From contig CAXXNO010000004.1 in NCBI GenBank assembly GCA_963663235.2, positions 768,001 to 832,000 of the forward strand: 64,000 nt of DNA, read 5' to 3'. Every line of letters begins with the position of its first letter. The stretch's first letter is position 1. Positions 36,838 through 46,321 of the stretch are shown here, piece after piece. Origin of the DNA: Dehalococcoidia bacterium (GTDB taxonomy: Bacteria; Chloroflexota; Dehalococcoidia; Bin125). The translations under genes and the position numbers were made by a program. A model generated the notes under the pieces. The model did no database searches. It saw nothing but the letters and a program-made list of their open reading frames with translations, and was not told the origin of the DNA.

Positions 36838-37054
36838 GAGTGGGGCGGAGCCGCGGGGCCGGTGTCTTGCGTGACGCGAAAGTCGGGTATTATGTGTCTC
36901 CGGCGTCCGCGGGGAGGCGGGCGCCGCCTCAGAACAGCTTCGAGGTCGTCTTGCCAGCACGTCCAGCGCGGAGTCTGAGGTAGAAAACGGGGCCGCGATC
37001 TCCCGGGATCGGGCCGTAGCAACGCCGGGGTCGTCCGGCTGGGAGTGTTGGACC

Positions 37055-37360
37055 GTGACTCAGAGGATCTACGTCGGGAACCTGCCATTCACATCAACCG
37101 AGGAAGACATACAGCAGCTCTTTGCCACCTACGGCGAGGTGATCTCGTGCTCGCTGCCCACCGATCGCGACACGGGCCGGCGCCGGGGCTTCGGCTTCGT
37201 CGAGATGTCGGACGACGACGCCACCAAAGCGATCGAGGCCCTGAACGGCCAAGACTTTGGGGGGCGGGAGCTGCGCGTGAACGAAGCGCGCCCGCGCGAG
37301 GGCGGGGGCGGGGGCGGGGGCGGAGGCGGGGGCGGGGGCCGGGAACGGTCGCGCTGGTAA
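37055..37360 (+). CDS. RRM RNA-binding protein with Gly-rich tail
   Basis: RNP2 IYVGNL, RNP1 RGFGFVEM, LRVNEARPR-GGGG. Confidence 0.93.
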   Translation: MTQRIYVGNLPFTSTEEDIQQLFATYGEVISCSLPTDRDTGRRRGFGFVEMSDDDATKAIEALNGQDFGGRELRVNEARPREGGGGGGGGGGGGGRERSRW

Positions 37361-37549
37361 GAGCGGCCTGAGGTCCTACGCGGGCCCGCTCCGTTTCAAC
37401 ACCGCGCTTCGCCGCCGCTGGCCGCGGCGCCCCGCGGGCCGGCGATCGCCGTGCGTCCCAGAAGGCATCGATGCCTCCCCGGGCTGGCACTGCCTGCCGC
37501 GATCCTGCTTGACGAGGCACCGCGGGCGTGGAAGGCTCGCTCTGCCAAT

Positions 37550-37640
37550 CAAATAGGGTAGGCGTCCGGCCGGGGAAGCCGGTGCAAATCCGGCGCTGTC
37601 GCGCAACGGTAACTCGCTTGAGAAGCCCGAATACCTACCC
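37550..37640 (+). ncRNA. Cobalamin riboswitch
   Basis: GGGGAAGCCGGTGCAAATCCGGCGCTGTCGCGCAACGGTAA...AAGCCCGAATACC core, closed by GGGTAGG/CCTACCC; upstream of a BtuF-like gene. Confidence 0.9.
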
Positions 37641-37788
37641 GGCGCCTGCGCTAGCCAACCCACCTTCGCGTCAAGGGCCGGGGCGCCTGGTGAATCACCC
37701 GACCAACCGTCGCGCCGCGTGGCGGCCCGGTTGCGAAGGGCATGGCCGCACCGTCACCGCCTTGCTCGGGGGGTGACGGAGGCTCCCG

Positions 37789-38790
37789 GTGCGCGAACCC
37801 CTGTTGCCCCGCTTGCGTCCTCTGCCCTCGCTGCTATCGCTGGCGGTTCTGGCGACAGCGCTCGCGCTGGGGGCCTGCGGTGACGATGACGGTGAGGGCG
37901 CGCCGGCCGCCAGCGCCTATCCCCTGACCATCCGAGACGACACCGACACCACCGTCACGATCAGCGCGCAACCGCAGCGGATCGTCGCGGTGCTGCCATC
38001 GACGACGAACCTGCTCGTCGACCTGGACCTGGCGAGCCTGATCATCGGTACCGACAGCTTTTCCAAGGCTGCGCACGCCGAAGACGAAGGGGCTCCGCTG
38101 GCCGACGTCCAGAGCGTCGGAGGCAGCGGCTTCCGCTTTAACCTGGAACTGATCGCGCAGCTCGATCCGGATCTGGCGCTGGTGGGTCTGGGCGGGACAG
38201 AGGACTTTATCGATCAGCTGCGGACCCTGGGCATCACCGTGGTGGCGCTGCGCTTCCCGCAGAGCATCGAAGAGATGCTGGAGCAAATGCTGCTGATCGG
38301 CGAGATCGGCGATGCCACAGCAGAGGCCGAGGCGCTGGTGGCGGAGCTGCGCGGACGCATCGAGACCGCGCAAGGGCAAGGGCAAGAGCGGCGGGAGCTG
38401 TTGACCTACATAGAGATCGACCAATCGGAGCCGACGCGGCCGTGGACCGCGGGGCCGGCGTCGCTACACCAGGAGATCATCGAGGTCGCCGGAGGCGAGA
38501 ACGCGTTCGCCAACCTAGCCAGCGACTTCGCGCAGGTGAGCTGGAAAGAGGTCATCGCGGCGAACCCGGACGTGATCCTGCTCTTGAACTCCACGGAACA
38601 CGCCAGTGAGCTGGCGTTCAACCCCGTGTCGACGGAGAAGGTGGGGACGCGCACGGGCTGGGACCAGATCGCCGCCGTGCAGAACGGCCGCATCTTCGCG
38701 CTGGACCCGGATCTCTTTAGCACCGGGGTCCGGCTGATCGAGGCAGTGGAGCAGGTGGCCGCAGCGCTGGACGCCGCCCAGGCCGAGTGA
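37789..38790 (+). CDS. btuF: Cobalamin/iron-siderophore binding lipoprotein (BtuF-like)
   Basis: Lipobox LGAC, YPLTIRDD...PQRIVAVLPSTT, IAANPDVILL, IAAVQNGRI; preceded by a B12 riboswitch. Confidence 0.8.
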   Translation: MREPLLPRLRPLPSLLSLAVLATALALGACGDDDGEGAPAASAYPLTIRDDTDTTVTISAQPQRIVAVLPSTTNLLVDLDLASLIIGTDSFSKAAHAEDEGAPLADVQSVGGSGFRFNLELIAQLDPDLALVGLGGTEDFIDQLRTLGITVVALRFPQSIEEMLEQMLLIGEIGDATAEAEALVAELRGRIETAQGQGQERRELLTYIEIDQSEPTRPWTAGPASLHQEIIEVAGGENAFANLASDFAQVSWKEVIAANPDVILLLNSTEHASELAFNPVSTEKVGTRTGWDQIAAVQNGRIFALDPDLFSTGVRLIEAVEQVAAALDAAQAE

Positions 38791-38941
38791 GACGAGCGCG
38801 GGCACCCGGCGATCCGGCGTCGAGCGGCGCCGTCCCTGAGCCTGCGCGGCGGCAGCACCGCGCCAACGGCCGCTACACCTATTGAGTCCCGCATCGCGTC
38901 CCGTCCTACACTGACGTTCGCGGCTCAACAGAGGAGGGCGC

Positions 38942-39124
38942 ATGGCGTCACCGACAGATCGGATCCTATTGGCGATGCGGATCAAGCGGCATGACCCCGT
39001 GTGCGGGATGAACATCCGCCCGGCGCAGGCCGCCGGCACGTCCGAGTACCGAGGCCGGACCATCTACTTCTGCGCCGACGCGTGCAAGCAAGAGTTCGAC
39101 GCGCACCCCGAGCGATACGGCTAG
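38942..39124 (+). CDS. YHS/TRASH domain protein
   Basis: DPVCGM...YRGRTIYFCADACKQEFDAHPERY; AGGAGG RBS. Confidence 0.85.
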   Translation: MASPTDRILLAMRIKRHDPVCGMNIRPAQAAGTSEYRGRTIYFCADACKQEFDAHPERYG

Positions 39125-40269
39125 GGCTGCGCGGGGGGCTGCGCGGGGGGCTGCGCGGGCTCGAGCGCCGCGAGCACCGCGGCGAGATCATCGGGCGTGT
39201 CCTCAACCGCGCGGACGACGCCTTGGGCGTCGATGACGACGATGCGCAGCTCCAGGCGGACGGCAAAGAGAGCCGCCACGTCGTCGCGCCACTGCAGGTG
39301 CGTCGCGGGCGGGATGGTTGCGCGGGCGTCGTCGTCGAGCACCAAGACCGGCGTGTAGCCGGCCTGCTGCGCCGGCTCCGCCGTGGCGACGGCCGCAGCG
39401 CCGCAGGAACGGCAGGCCGGGGGTGCGAAGGCGATCACCAGGGGTGCGCCGCGGTTGCCGGAGAGACGCCACGTCGCCCCGGCCCGGTCCGCCCGTTCGA
39501 GGAGGAAGTCCGGCGCGGGCTGTCCGACCCGGCCGGCCGGGGCGCGGCCTTCATGATCGAGGGACGTGGGTAGCGCCTTGGGGCCCGGCAGCGGGGCGGG
39601 GCCCAGGGGCTGCGCGAGGGACGCCACCAAGGCCGCCACCTCCTGTTCGAACTCCTGGTCCGGGGCCTGGCCGACGAAGACGGACGCGATCACGCCATCG
39701 GGACGGACGAAGATGGAGTTGGGCGGGCCGATCTGGAGGTAGCGGCGGGTGACGGAGCCGCCGAAGTCCATGGGCACGGGATAGTTGATGCCGAACTCGT
39801 CGACGAAGTTCTGCGCCGGCCCACGCGCTTCCTCGATGTTGACGCCGATGATGACGAGTCCGGCCTGCCGGTGCTGCTCTTGCAGGCGGACCAGCACCGG
39901 CACCTCGCGCCGGCAGGGGCCGCACCAAGACGCCCAAAAGTTGATCAGCAGGGGATGGCCGCGCCAGTCGGAGAGGCGGAAGCGCTCGCCGTCGATGGTT
40001 TCGAGCTCAAAGTCAGGAGCGAGAGCGCCGAACTCCACGGCCACCCGCTGATCGTCCGGGTTCAGGTAGGCGGGAAAGTCGGCGAGGCCGAAGGAGCCGA
40101 CGAGGGTCGGGCCGCCACCGCTCAGCCCGAGCCAGAGGGCGGCCGCGGCGGCGCCCACCACGAGCAGCCCGACCACGAGCGTGCGCCGCCCGTGGTACTC
40201 CCGTGGTCGATTTGGGTTCTCGTCCGGGAAGGTCGCGTCGCCGGCGTCGCGCCGCTTGCGCTTCGCCAC
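39121..40269 (-). CDS. Membrane-anchored TlpA/ResA-like thiol-disulfide oxidoreductase with a second redoxin-like domain
   Basis: APDFEL...INFWASWCGPC; second APDFLL...ACRSC; N-terminal TM. Confidence 0.85.
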   Translation of the reverse strand: MAKRKRRDAGDATFPDENPNRPREYHGRRTLVVGLLVVGAAAAALWLGLSGGGPTLVGSFGLADFPAYLNPDDQRVAVEFGALAPDFELETIDGERFRLSDWRGHPLLINFWASWCGPCRREVPVLVRLQEQHRQAGLVIIGVNIEEARGPAQNFVDEFGINYPVPMDFGGSVTRRYLQIGPPNSIFVRPDGVIASVFVGQAPDQEFEQEVAALVASLAQPLGPAPLPGPKALPTSLDHEGRAPAGRVGQPAPDFLLERADRAGATWRLSGNRGAPLVIAFAPPACRSCGAAAVATAEPAQQAGYTPVLVLDDDARATIPPATHLQWRDDVAALFAVRLELRIVVIDAQGVVRAVEDTPDDLAAVLAALEPAQPPAQPPAQP

Positions 40270-40429
40270 AGCCCATCCTCCCCTCGCCCGCGATCGCCCG
40301 GCCAGAGCGTATCGCTACCGGTCCATACGAACGACGAGCGCCGACGGATGCGGCTTGACCTTCGTGCTAGCCTACGCGTCTGCCGCGCCGCGGGCGCGCA
40401 TTGGGGAGGAACGGGGGGCAGCCGCACTC

Positions 40430-40936
40430 ATGGACGAAGCACGCGTGCGCGAGTTGCTCGACAAGCATGAGATCGCGGAGGTGCTGGCCCGCTACGCGCG
40501 GGGCGTGGACCGGATGGACCGAGAGCTGGCCGGATCCTGCTTCCAGCCCGATGCGTTCGTGGACCATGGAGACGCCAAGGGGTCCGTGGACGAGCACCTG
40601 GACTGGGTGTTCCAGTTCCTGGCGCCGACGACGGTGTCCATGCACCGGATCGGCAACCTCTTGATCGACGTGCAAGGCGACAGCGCCTACACGGAGGCCT
40701 ACTGCGTGCCCTACCTGCGCCGCGAGACGGACCAAGGCGTGGAGGATGAGTACTTTGTGATGCGCTTCATCGACCGGCTGGAGCGTCGCGACGAGGGGGC
40801 GTGGCTGATCGCGCATCGCGTGGTGGCCTTCGACTGGAGCCGGATCGAGCCGGTGGAGCGGCAGCGGGAGTTCACCGCCGACTTCATCCGGGGGCAGCGC
40901 GACAGAGCGGACCCCGTGTACGAACGGCTGCGCTGA
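40430..40936 (+). CDS. SnoaL-like / NTF2-fold protein
   Basis: LLDKHEIAEVLARYARGVDRMD...SMHRIGN...RFIDRLERR...WLIAHR. Confidence 0.88.
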   Translation: MDEARVRELLDKHEIAEVLARYARGVDRMDRELAGSCFQPDAFVDHGDAKGSVDEHLDWVFQFLAPTTVSMHRIGNLLIDVQGDSAYTEAYCVPYLRRETDQGVEDEYFVMRFIDRLERRDEGAWLIAHRVVAFDWSRIEPVERQREFTADFIRGQRDRADPVYERLR

Positions 40937-40990
40937 CCGCCGACGGGCGGGCGCGCATTGAGCCCCCGTCCGATTGGTGTACGCTGCGGC

Positions 40991-41225
40991 GCAGCAGGGC
41001 GCAGCAGGGCGCAGCAGGGCGCAGCAGGGCGCAGCAGGGCGCAGCAGGGCGCAGCAGGGCGCAGCAGGGCGCAGCAGGGCGCAGCAGGGCGCAGCAGGGC
41101 GCAGCAGGGCGCAGCAGGGCGCAGCAGGGCGCAGCAGGGCGCAGCAGGGCGCAGCAGGGCGCAGCAGGGCGCAGCAGGGCGCAGCAGGGCGCAGCAGGGC
41201 GCAGCAGGGCGCAGCAGGGCGCAGC
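40991..41225. repeat. Perfect 10-bp tandem repeat (GCAGCAGGGC) x23 plus a partial copy
   Basis: Read directly; no spacers, no variants. Confidence 0.95.
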
Positions 41226-41270
41226 GGCGCGCCGGCAGCGGAGCGCGTCGGCCGGGAAAGGACCGCGAGG

Positions 41271-43061
41271 ATGGCGAAGGACGACAGCAGCGCGGCGACA
41301 GCGCTAGTGGACCCGGTCACCTACGAGTTGGTGCGCAACACCATCCTGGCGATCTCCACGGAGATGGCGATGGTGGTGTCGAAGAGCGCGTACTCGACGG
41401 CGATCAACGAGGGGATGGACTTCGCCAACGCGACGTACGACTGTCATGGCCAACTGCTGTCGCAAGGGGAGTTCGACCTGCCGGCTTTCGTGGGCATCTC
41501 GATGCTGGCCATCCCCGAGGTCGTCCGCGCCATCGGCCGGGAGAACATGGCGCCGGGCGACATCTACATGATCAACGACCCGTATGTCGCCAGCACGCAC
41601 TGCAACGACATTCACTTCGTGAAGCCGGTGTTCTACGAGGGCGACATCGTGGCGTTCCTCTCGTCCACGGCGCACTGGAGCGACGTGGGCGGGGTGGTGC
41701 CGGGGACGTTGAACCTCAGCGCGAAGACGCACTTTGAGGAAGGGATGCGGATCCCGGCCGTCACCATCGTCAAGCGGGGCGAGTTGCAGCAGGACCTGGT
41801 GCGGCTCCTGCTGGCAAACATGCGGCAGGCGTGGGAACGGATGGGCGATCTGAACGCGCAGATCGCGGCGCTGCGGACGGGCGATGGCCGCGTGGTGGAG
41901 CTTGTGGAGAAGCGCGGGGTGGCGAAGACGTTGGCCGCCTTTGAGGAGATGCAGAACCACACGGAGCGGCTGGTGCGTGCGGCGTTCCGCTCGATCCCAG
42001 ACGGGGTGTACGAGGCGGAGGACCTGATCGACCAGGACCTGGCCACGGGCGAGCCGGTGGCGATCCGGCTGAAACTGACCGTTGACGGGGATCACGCGAT
42101 CTTCGACCTGACGGAGAGCGACGACGCGGCGGGGTCTGGGATCAACGGCACGATCGCCGCCACGACCTCCTCGATTTACAACGCCACGGGGGCGATCCTG
42201 CCGCCGATGCCGATGAACGCGGGCTTGATGCGGGCGATTGAGATCAAGACGCGGAAGGGGTCGATCTGCCACGCGCAACCGCCGGTGGCGATCTCCGGCA
42301 CCGCGGCGACGAGCCTAGAGTGCACCTTCGCCGCGGTGGTCAAGGCGCTCAGCGAAGCGCTGCCCGAACGCGGGGCGGGGATATCGTCCACGGTCCACAA
42401 CACCTGCTACAGCGGCGTGGATGGGCGGAGCGGCTTCGGGGAGCCGTTTATCGAATACGTCTGGGCGGTGGGGGGCATGGGCGGGACGAAGTACACCGAT
42501 GGCGGAAGCGTCCTGGGTTCCCCGTACGCCGCCAGCATCACCAACATCCCGGTGGAGCTGCAGGAGCGCCGCTATCCGTTGCTGTGGAGCCGGTACATGC
42601 TCTTGGCGGACTCCGCCGGCCCGGGCCGGTCTCGGGGCGGACTGGCCCTGACGCAGGAGTGCGGCTTTCCGTACCAGCCGGGCCGGCTGAACAGCTTCGG
42701 GAACCGGGAACGGTTCGGCCCACCGGGCGTCTTCGACGGCGGTGACGGCCAGACGGCGGGGCTGATCCTCAACCGCGGCACAGAGAGCGAACAGCGGATG
42801 AGCTCCTTCTCCACGCAGGTGCGCGTCAACGTGGGCGACACGCTGTCGCTGTGGTCCAACGGCGGGGGCGGGTACGGCGATGCGCTGGAGCGGCCGCTGG
42901 AGAATGTGGTGGAGGACGTCAAGGACGGGTACGTGACCACCGCTGCGGCGCGCGAGCAGTACGGAGTGGTGATCAAGCATCTGGACCTCCGCACATTGGC
43001 GTGCAAAGTGGACCAAAAGGCCACGGAGAAGCTGCGCCGGGAGCTGCGGGCCGCGCGGTAG
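41271..43061 (+). CDS. Hydantoinase B / oxoprolinase family protein (paralogue 2)
   Basis: Same motifs as paralogue 1; start MAKDDS just before VDPVTYEL. Confidence 0.9.
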   Translation: MAKDDSSAATALVDPVTYELVRNTILAISTEMAMVVSKSAYSTAINEGMDFANATYDCHGQLLSQGEFDLPAFVGISMLAIPEVVRAIGRENMAPGDIYMINDPYVASTHCNDIHFVKPVFYEGDIVAFLSSTAHWSDVGGVVPGTLNLSAKTHFEEGMRIPAVTIVKRGELQQDLVRLLLANMRQAWERMGDLNAQIAALRTGDGRVVELVEKRGVAKTLAAFEEMQNHTERLVRAAFRSIPDGVYEAEDLIDQDLATGEPVAIRLKLTVDGDHAIFDLTESDDAAGSGINGTIAATTSSIYNATGAILPPMPMNAGLMRAIEIKTRKGSICHAQPPVAISGTAATSLECTFAAVVKALSEALPERGAGISSTVHNTCYSGVDGRSGFGEPFIEYVWAVGGMGGTKYTDGGSVLGSPYAASITNIPVELQERRYPLLWSRYMLLADSAGPGRSRGGLALTQECGFPYQPGRLNSFGNRERFGPPGVFDGGDGQTAGLILNRGTESEQRMSSFSTQVRVNVGDTLSLWSNGGGGYGDALERPLENVVEDVKDGYVTTAAAREQYGVVIKHLDLRTLACKVDQKATEKLRRELRAAR

Positions 43062-43141
43062 GCCCGGCGTCGCGAGCGAGGATCCGTCATCCGGCGCCCG
43101 GCTTGTCCGGCGCGGCTCCGACGCCGTCGGCGGAGGAACGA

Positions 43142-44932
43142 ATGGCGAAGCGCGCTCCCCCTGAGTGGGCGACCAGACAGATCGATCCCGTGACCTACGA
43201 GATCGTGCGTAACGCGTTCGTGGCCGTGTGCGCCGAGATGGCGCTGGTGGTGTCGAAGAGCGCGTACTCCCCGACCGTGAATGAGGGGAAGGACTTCGCC
43301 GGCACGGTGTCCGATCGCGACGGCAACCTGGTGGCGCAGAGCGAGTTCGACCTGCCGGCGTTCGTCGGGCTGGGCATGTTCACCGTCAAAGAGGTGATGC
43401 GGGCCGTGGGCGTGGAGAACATGGCGCCCGGAGATATTTACATCATCAACGACCCGTACGTGGCCAGCACGCACTGCAACGACGTGCACTTCATGAAGCC
43501 GGTTTTCTTCGGCGGCGAGCGGGTGGCGTTCCTGGAGTCGACCGCGCACTGGACCGACGTGGGCGGGCCGCTCCCGAGCTCATTGAACTCGATGGCGCGG
43601 TCGTACTTCGAAGAGGGGCTGCGCATCCCGGCGGTGAAGATCTTTGATCGAGGCGAGGTCTGCCAGGACATGCTCTCGCTGCTGCTGCTGAACATGCGTG
43701 AGCCCTGGGAACGGATGGGCGATCTCAACGCCCAGTGCGCGGCGCTGCGGATCGGGGACAGCCGGGTCACGGCGATGGTCGAGAAGCACGGCGCGGCGAC
43801 CGTCCGCGCCTGCATGGCGGAGATGCAAGACCGTTCCGAAGTGATGGTGCGGGCGATCCTGCGCGACCTACCGGACGGCGTGTACGAGGCGGCCGACCAG
43901 AACGACCGAGACTCCGCCACGGGCGAGCCGGTCACGTTCCGGGTGAAGTTGACCATCGACGGCGACGGGGCGGTCTTCGACCTCAGCGAGAGCGACGACG
44001 CGGTCGATTCCGCCATCAATACGAGCATTGTGTCGACGACCTCGTCGATCTTCAACGCGATGGGATCGGTGTTGCCCCCGGTCCCCATGAACGCCGGGGT
44101 GATGCGGGCGGTGGCGATCAAGGCGCGGCGCGGGTCGATCTGCTACGCGGAACCGCCGCGCGCCGTCTCCACGCAAGCGACCAGCATGGAGATCATCATC
44201 GCCGCGGGAGCGGCGGCGCTGAGCCAGGCGCTGCCCGAGCGGGGGGCGGGGACCTGCTCCACCGTGCTCAACACCGCCTACGCCGGCTACGACGAGCGGC
44301 CGGGTTACGAGGCCACGTTTTTGGAGTACGTCTGGGCCGTGGGCGGCATGGGCGGGACGAAGGACAGGGACGGATCGAACGTGGTGGGGTCCGCCTGGGC
44401 GGCGACGATCCAGAACATCCCAGTGGAGTTGCAAGAGCGTCGCTACCCGCTGTTCTGGCAGAGCAACATGCTGCTGCCCGACTCGGGCGGGCCGGGGCGA
44501 TCGCGGGGCGGGCTGGCGCTGCGACAGGTCTGCGCGTTCACGTTCCAGGGCGGCACCCTCACCAACTTCGGGAACCGCGAGCGAGTGGGGCCGCCGGGGA
44601 TCTTTGAGGGAAAGGCGGGCGCGACCGCGGGGCTGGTGCTGAACGCGGGCAGCGAGCGGGAACGGGTGGTGGGGCTGGTGGCATCGAACGTGCCGGTGGA
44701 ACGAGGGGAGACGCTCACCTACTGGTCCGCCGGCGGGGGCGGTTACGGCGATCCGCTGGAGCGCGCCGTGGACCGGGTGCTGGAAGACATCAAGGACGAC
44801 TACGTCTCGCCGGTTGCGGCGCGCGAGCAGTACGGCGTGGTGGTGCAGGAGATCGACCGTCGGAGGCTGCGGTACGAGGTGGACCACGCGGCCACAGAGG
44901 CGCTTCGCCGGGAGATGCGGGCTCGGGCGTAG
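43142..44932 (+). CDS. Hydantoinase B / oxoprolinase family protein (paralogue 3)
   Basis: IDPVTYEI...NDPYVASTHCND...GGGGYGDP; GGAGG RBS. Confidence 0.9.
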   Translation: MAKRAPPEWATRQIDPVTYEIVRNAFVAVCAEMALVVSKSAYSPTVNEGKDFAGTVSDRDGNLVAQSEFDLPAFVGLGMFTVKEVMRAVGVENMAPGDIYIINDPYVASTHCNDVHFMKPVFFGGERVAFLESTAHWTDVGGPLPSSLNSMARSYFEEGLRIPAVKIFDRGEVCQDMLSLLLLNMREPWERMGDLNAQCAALRIGDSRVTAMVEKHGAATVRACMAEMQDRSEVMVRAILRDLPDGVYEAADQNDRDSATGEPVTFRVKLTIDGDGAVFDLSESDDAVDSAINTSIVSTTSSIFNAMGSVLPPVPMNAGVMRAVAIKARRGSICYAEPPRAVSTQATSMEIIIAAGAAALSQALPERGAGTCSTVLNTAYAGYDERPGYEATFLEYVWAVGGMGGTKDRDGSNVVGSAWAATIQNIPVELQERRYPLFWQSNMLLPDSGGPGRSRGGLALRQVCAFTFQGGTLTNFGNRERVGPPGIFEGKAGATAGLVLNAGSERERVVGLVASNVPVERGETLTYWSAGGGGYGDPLERAVDRVLEDIKDDYVSPVAAREQYGVVVQEIDRRRLRYEVDHAATEALRREMRARA

Positions 44933-44956
44933 GCGGCCGCCGGTGAACGAGGAGCG

Positions 44957-46255
44957 ATGAGCGCAGAGACGAGCACGGATTTCGAGCCCTATCTGGCCCC
45001 CTCGCGGGGGGAGCGGACCGGGCGGCGGGTGGAGATTGCGACCGCGCTGGCGTCGATTGGGGATGGGGCGCGGGTCTACATCGGCAACGCCTGCAGCGTG
45101 CCGCTGCAACTCCTGGACGAGGTGATCGCCGAGCGCGGGCGGTGGAGCGACCTGGAGATCGTCTTTGGCATCCAGGTCGCGGAGATCCCGCTGATGAAGC
45201 ACGCGGGCGCGCCGTTCCGCTTCACCACCTTGCAACCCAACCCCAACCTGCGGGCGGCCAGCGAGGCCGGCGCGGTGACCGCGATCCCGGCCCGCATCTC
45301 CGACGTCCCCACCCTCTTCACGCCCTTCGGCGTGTACCCGGTCGACGCCGTCCTGGTGCAAGTCAGCGCGCCGGGGCCAGAGGGCCGCTTCAGCCTGGGC
45401 ACGTCGACCGGCATGGCGATCGACGCGGTGCGGAGCGCGCCGCTGGTGATTGCGCAAGTCAACCAGGAGATGCCGTACACGTTCGGCGCGGGGGAGCTGC
45501 GACGGGACGAATTCGATTACCTCGTGGAGATGGACGGGCCGCTGGTGGAGCTGAAACGGGCGCCCCCCGGCCCGGTAGAGGAAGCGATCGCCGAGCAAGT
45601 GGTCGCGCTGGTTCCGGACGAGGCAACGTTGCAATTCGGGATCGGCGCAGTGCCGGAGGCGATGAGCGCGCGGTTGGGGCAGCGGCGGGACCTTGGCATG
45701 CACTCCGGCATGATCAGCGACGGCGTGATCGAGCTCGTCGAGAGCGGAGCGCTGACCGACAGGCGCAAGTCGATGGACCGAGGCACGATGATCACGGGCG
45801 AGCTGATGGGCACGCGGCGCCTGTTCGACTGGGCGCATCGCAATCCGTTGGTGCGCATGGCACCGCCGGCGTACACGCACGGGCTGGCCGTCCTCTCGCG
45901 CTGCCACCGCTTCACCGCGATCAACTCGGCGGTGGAGGTATCGCAGTACGGCGACGTCAACGGGGAGTCGATCGCCGGGCGGCTGATCTCGGGGCCCGGG
46001 GGCCAGCCGGACTTCGCGGAAGGGGCGCTGCGGTGCGCGGAGGGCCTGAGCATCGTGGCGCTGCCGTCGACGGCCGCGGCCGGCAAGGTCTCGCGGATCG
46101 TGCCGCGGGTGGACACGGTGACGGTGCCGCGGCACCAAGTGGACCGGGTGGTCACGGAGTACGGCGTGGCCGCGTTGCATGCCCGGCCGCTGCCGGACCG
46201 CGCCGCGGCGATGCGGGCGATCGCCCATCCGGACTTTCGCGCGTCGCTGACTTGA
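44957..46255 (+). CDS. Acetyl-CoA hydrolase / 4-hydroxybutyrate CoA-transferase family protein
   Basis: VIAQVNQEMP, LQFGIGAVP, AINSAVEV, SGPGGQPDF, VVTEYGVA. Confidence 0.88.
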   Translation: MSAETSTDFEPYLAPSRGERTGRRVEIATALASIGDGARVYIGNACSVPLQLLDEVIAERGRWSDLEIVFGIQVAEIPLMKHAGAPFRFTTLQPNPNLRAASEAGAVTAIPARISDVPTLFTPFGVYPVDAVLVQVSAPGPEGRFSLGTSTGMAIDAVRSAPLVIAQVNQEMPYTFGAGELRRDEFDYLVEMDGPLVELKRAPPGPVEEAIAEQVVALVPDEATLQFGIGAVPEAMSARLGQRRDLGMHSGMISDGVIELVESGALTDRRKSMDRGTMITGELMGTRRLFDWAHRNPLVRMAPPAYTHGLAVLSRCHRFTAINSAVEVSQYGDVNGESIAGRLISGPGGQPDFAEGALRCAEGLSIVALPSTAAAGKVSRIVPRVDTVTVPRHQVDRVVTEYGVAALHARPLPDRAAAMRAIAHPDFRASLT

Positions 46256-46321
46256 CGGCACCGAGCCGCCCGCCCATCCTGTCCCCGGTCCGAATGGCGC
46301 ACGACGAGAGGCGGACGGGTC

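Noticed and set aside
40991-41225. CRISPR array (also considered for 33370-33466 and 35500-35643)
   Set aside because: Units are contiguous with no unique spacers, too short, and there are no cas genes.
40974-41270. N-terminal AQQGAAGRSR repeat extension of HyuB paralogue 2
   Set aside because: The 10-bp unit is not a codon multiple, the other paralogues start just before DPxT, and ATG 41271 has its own purine-rich RBS.
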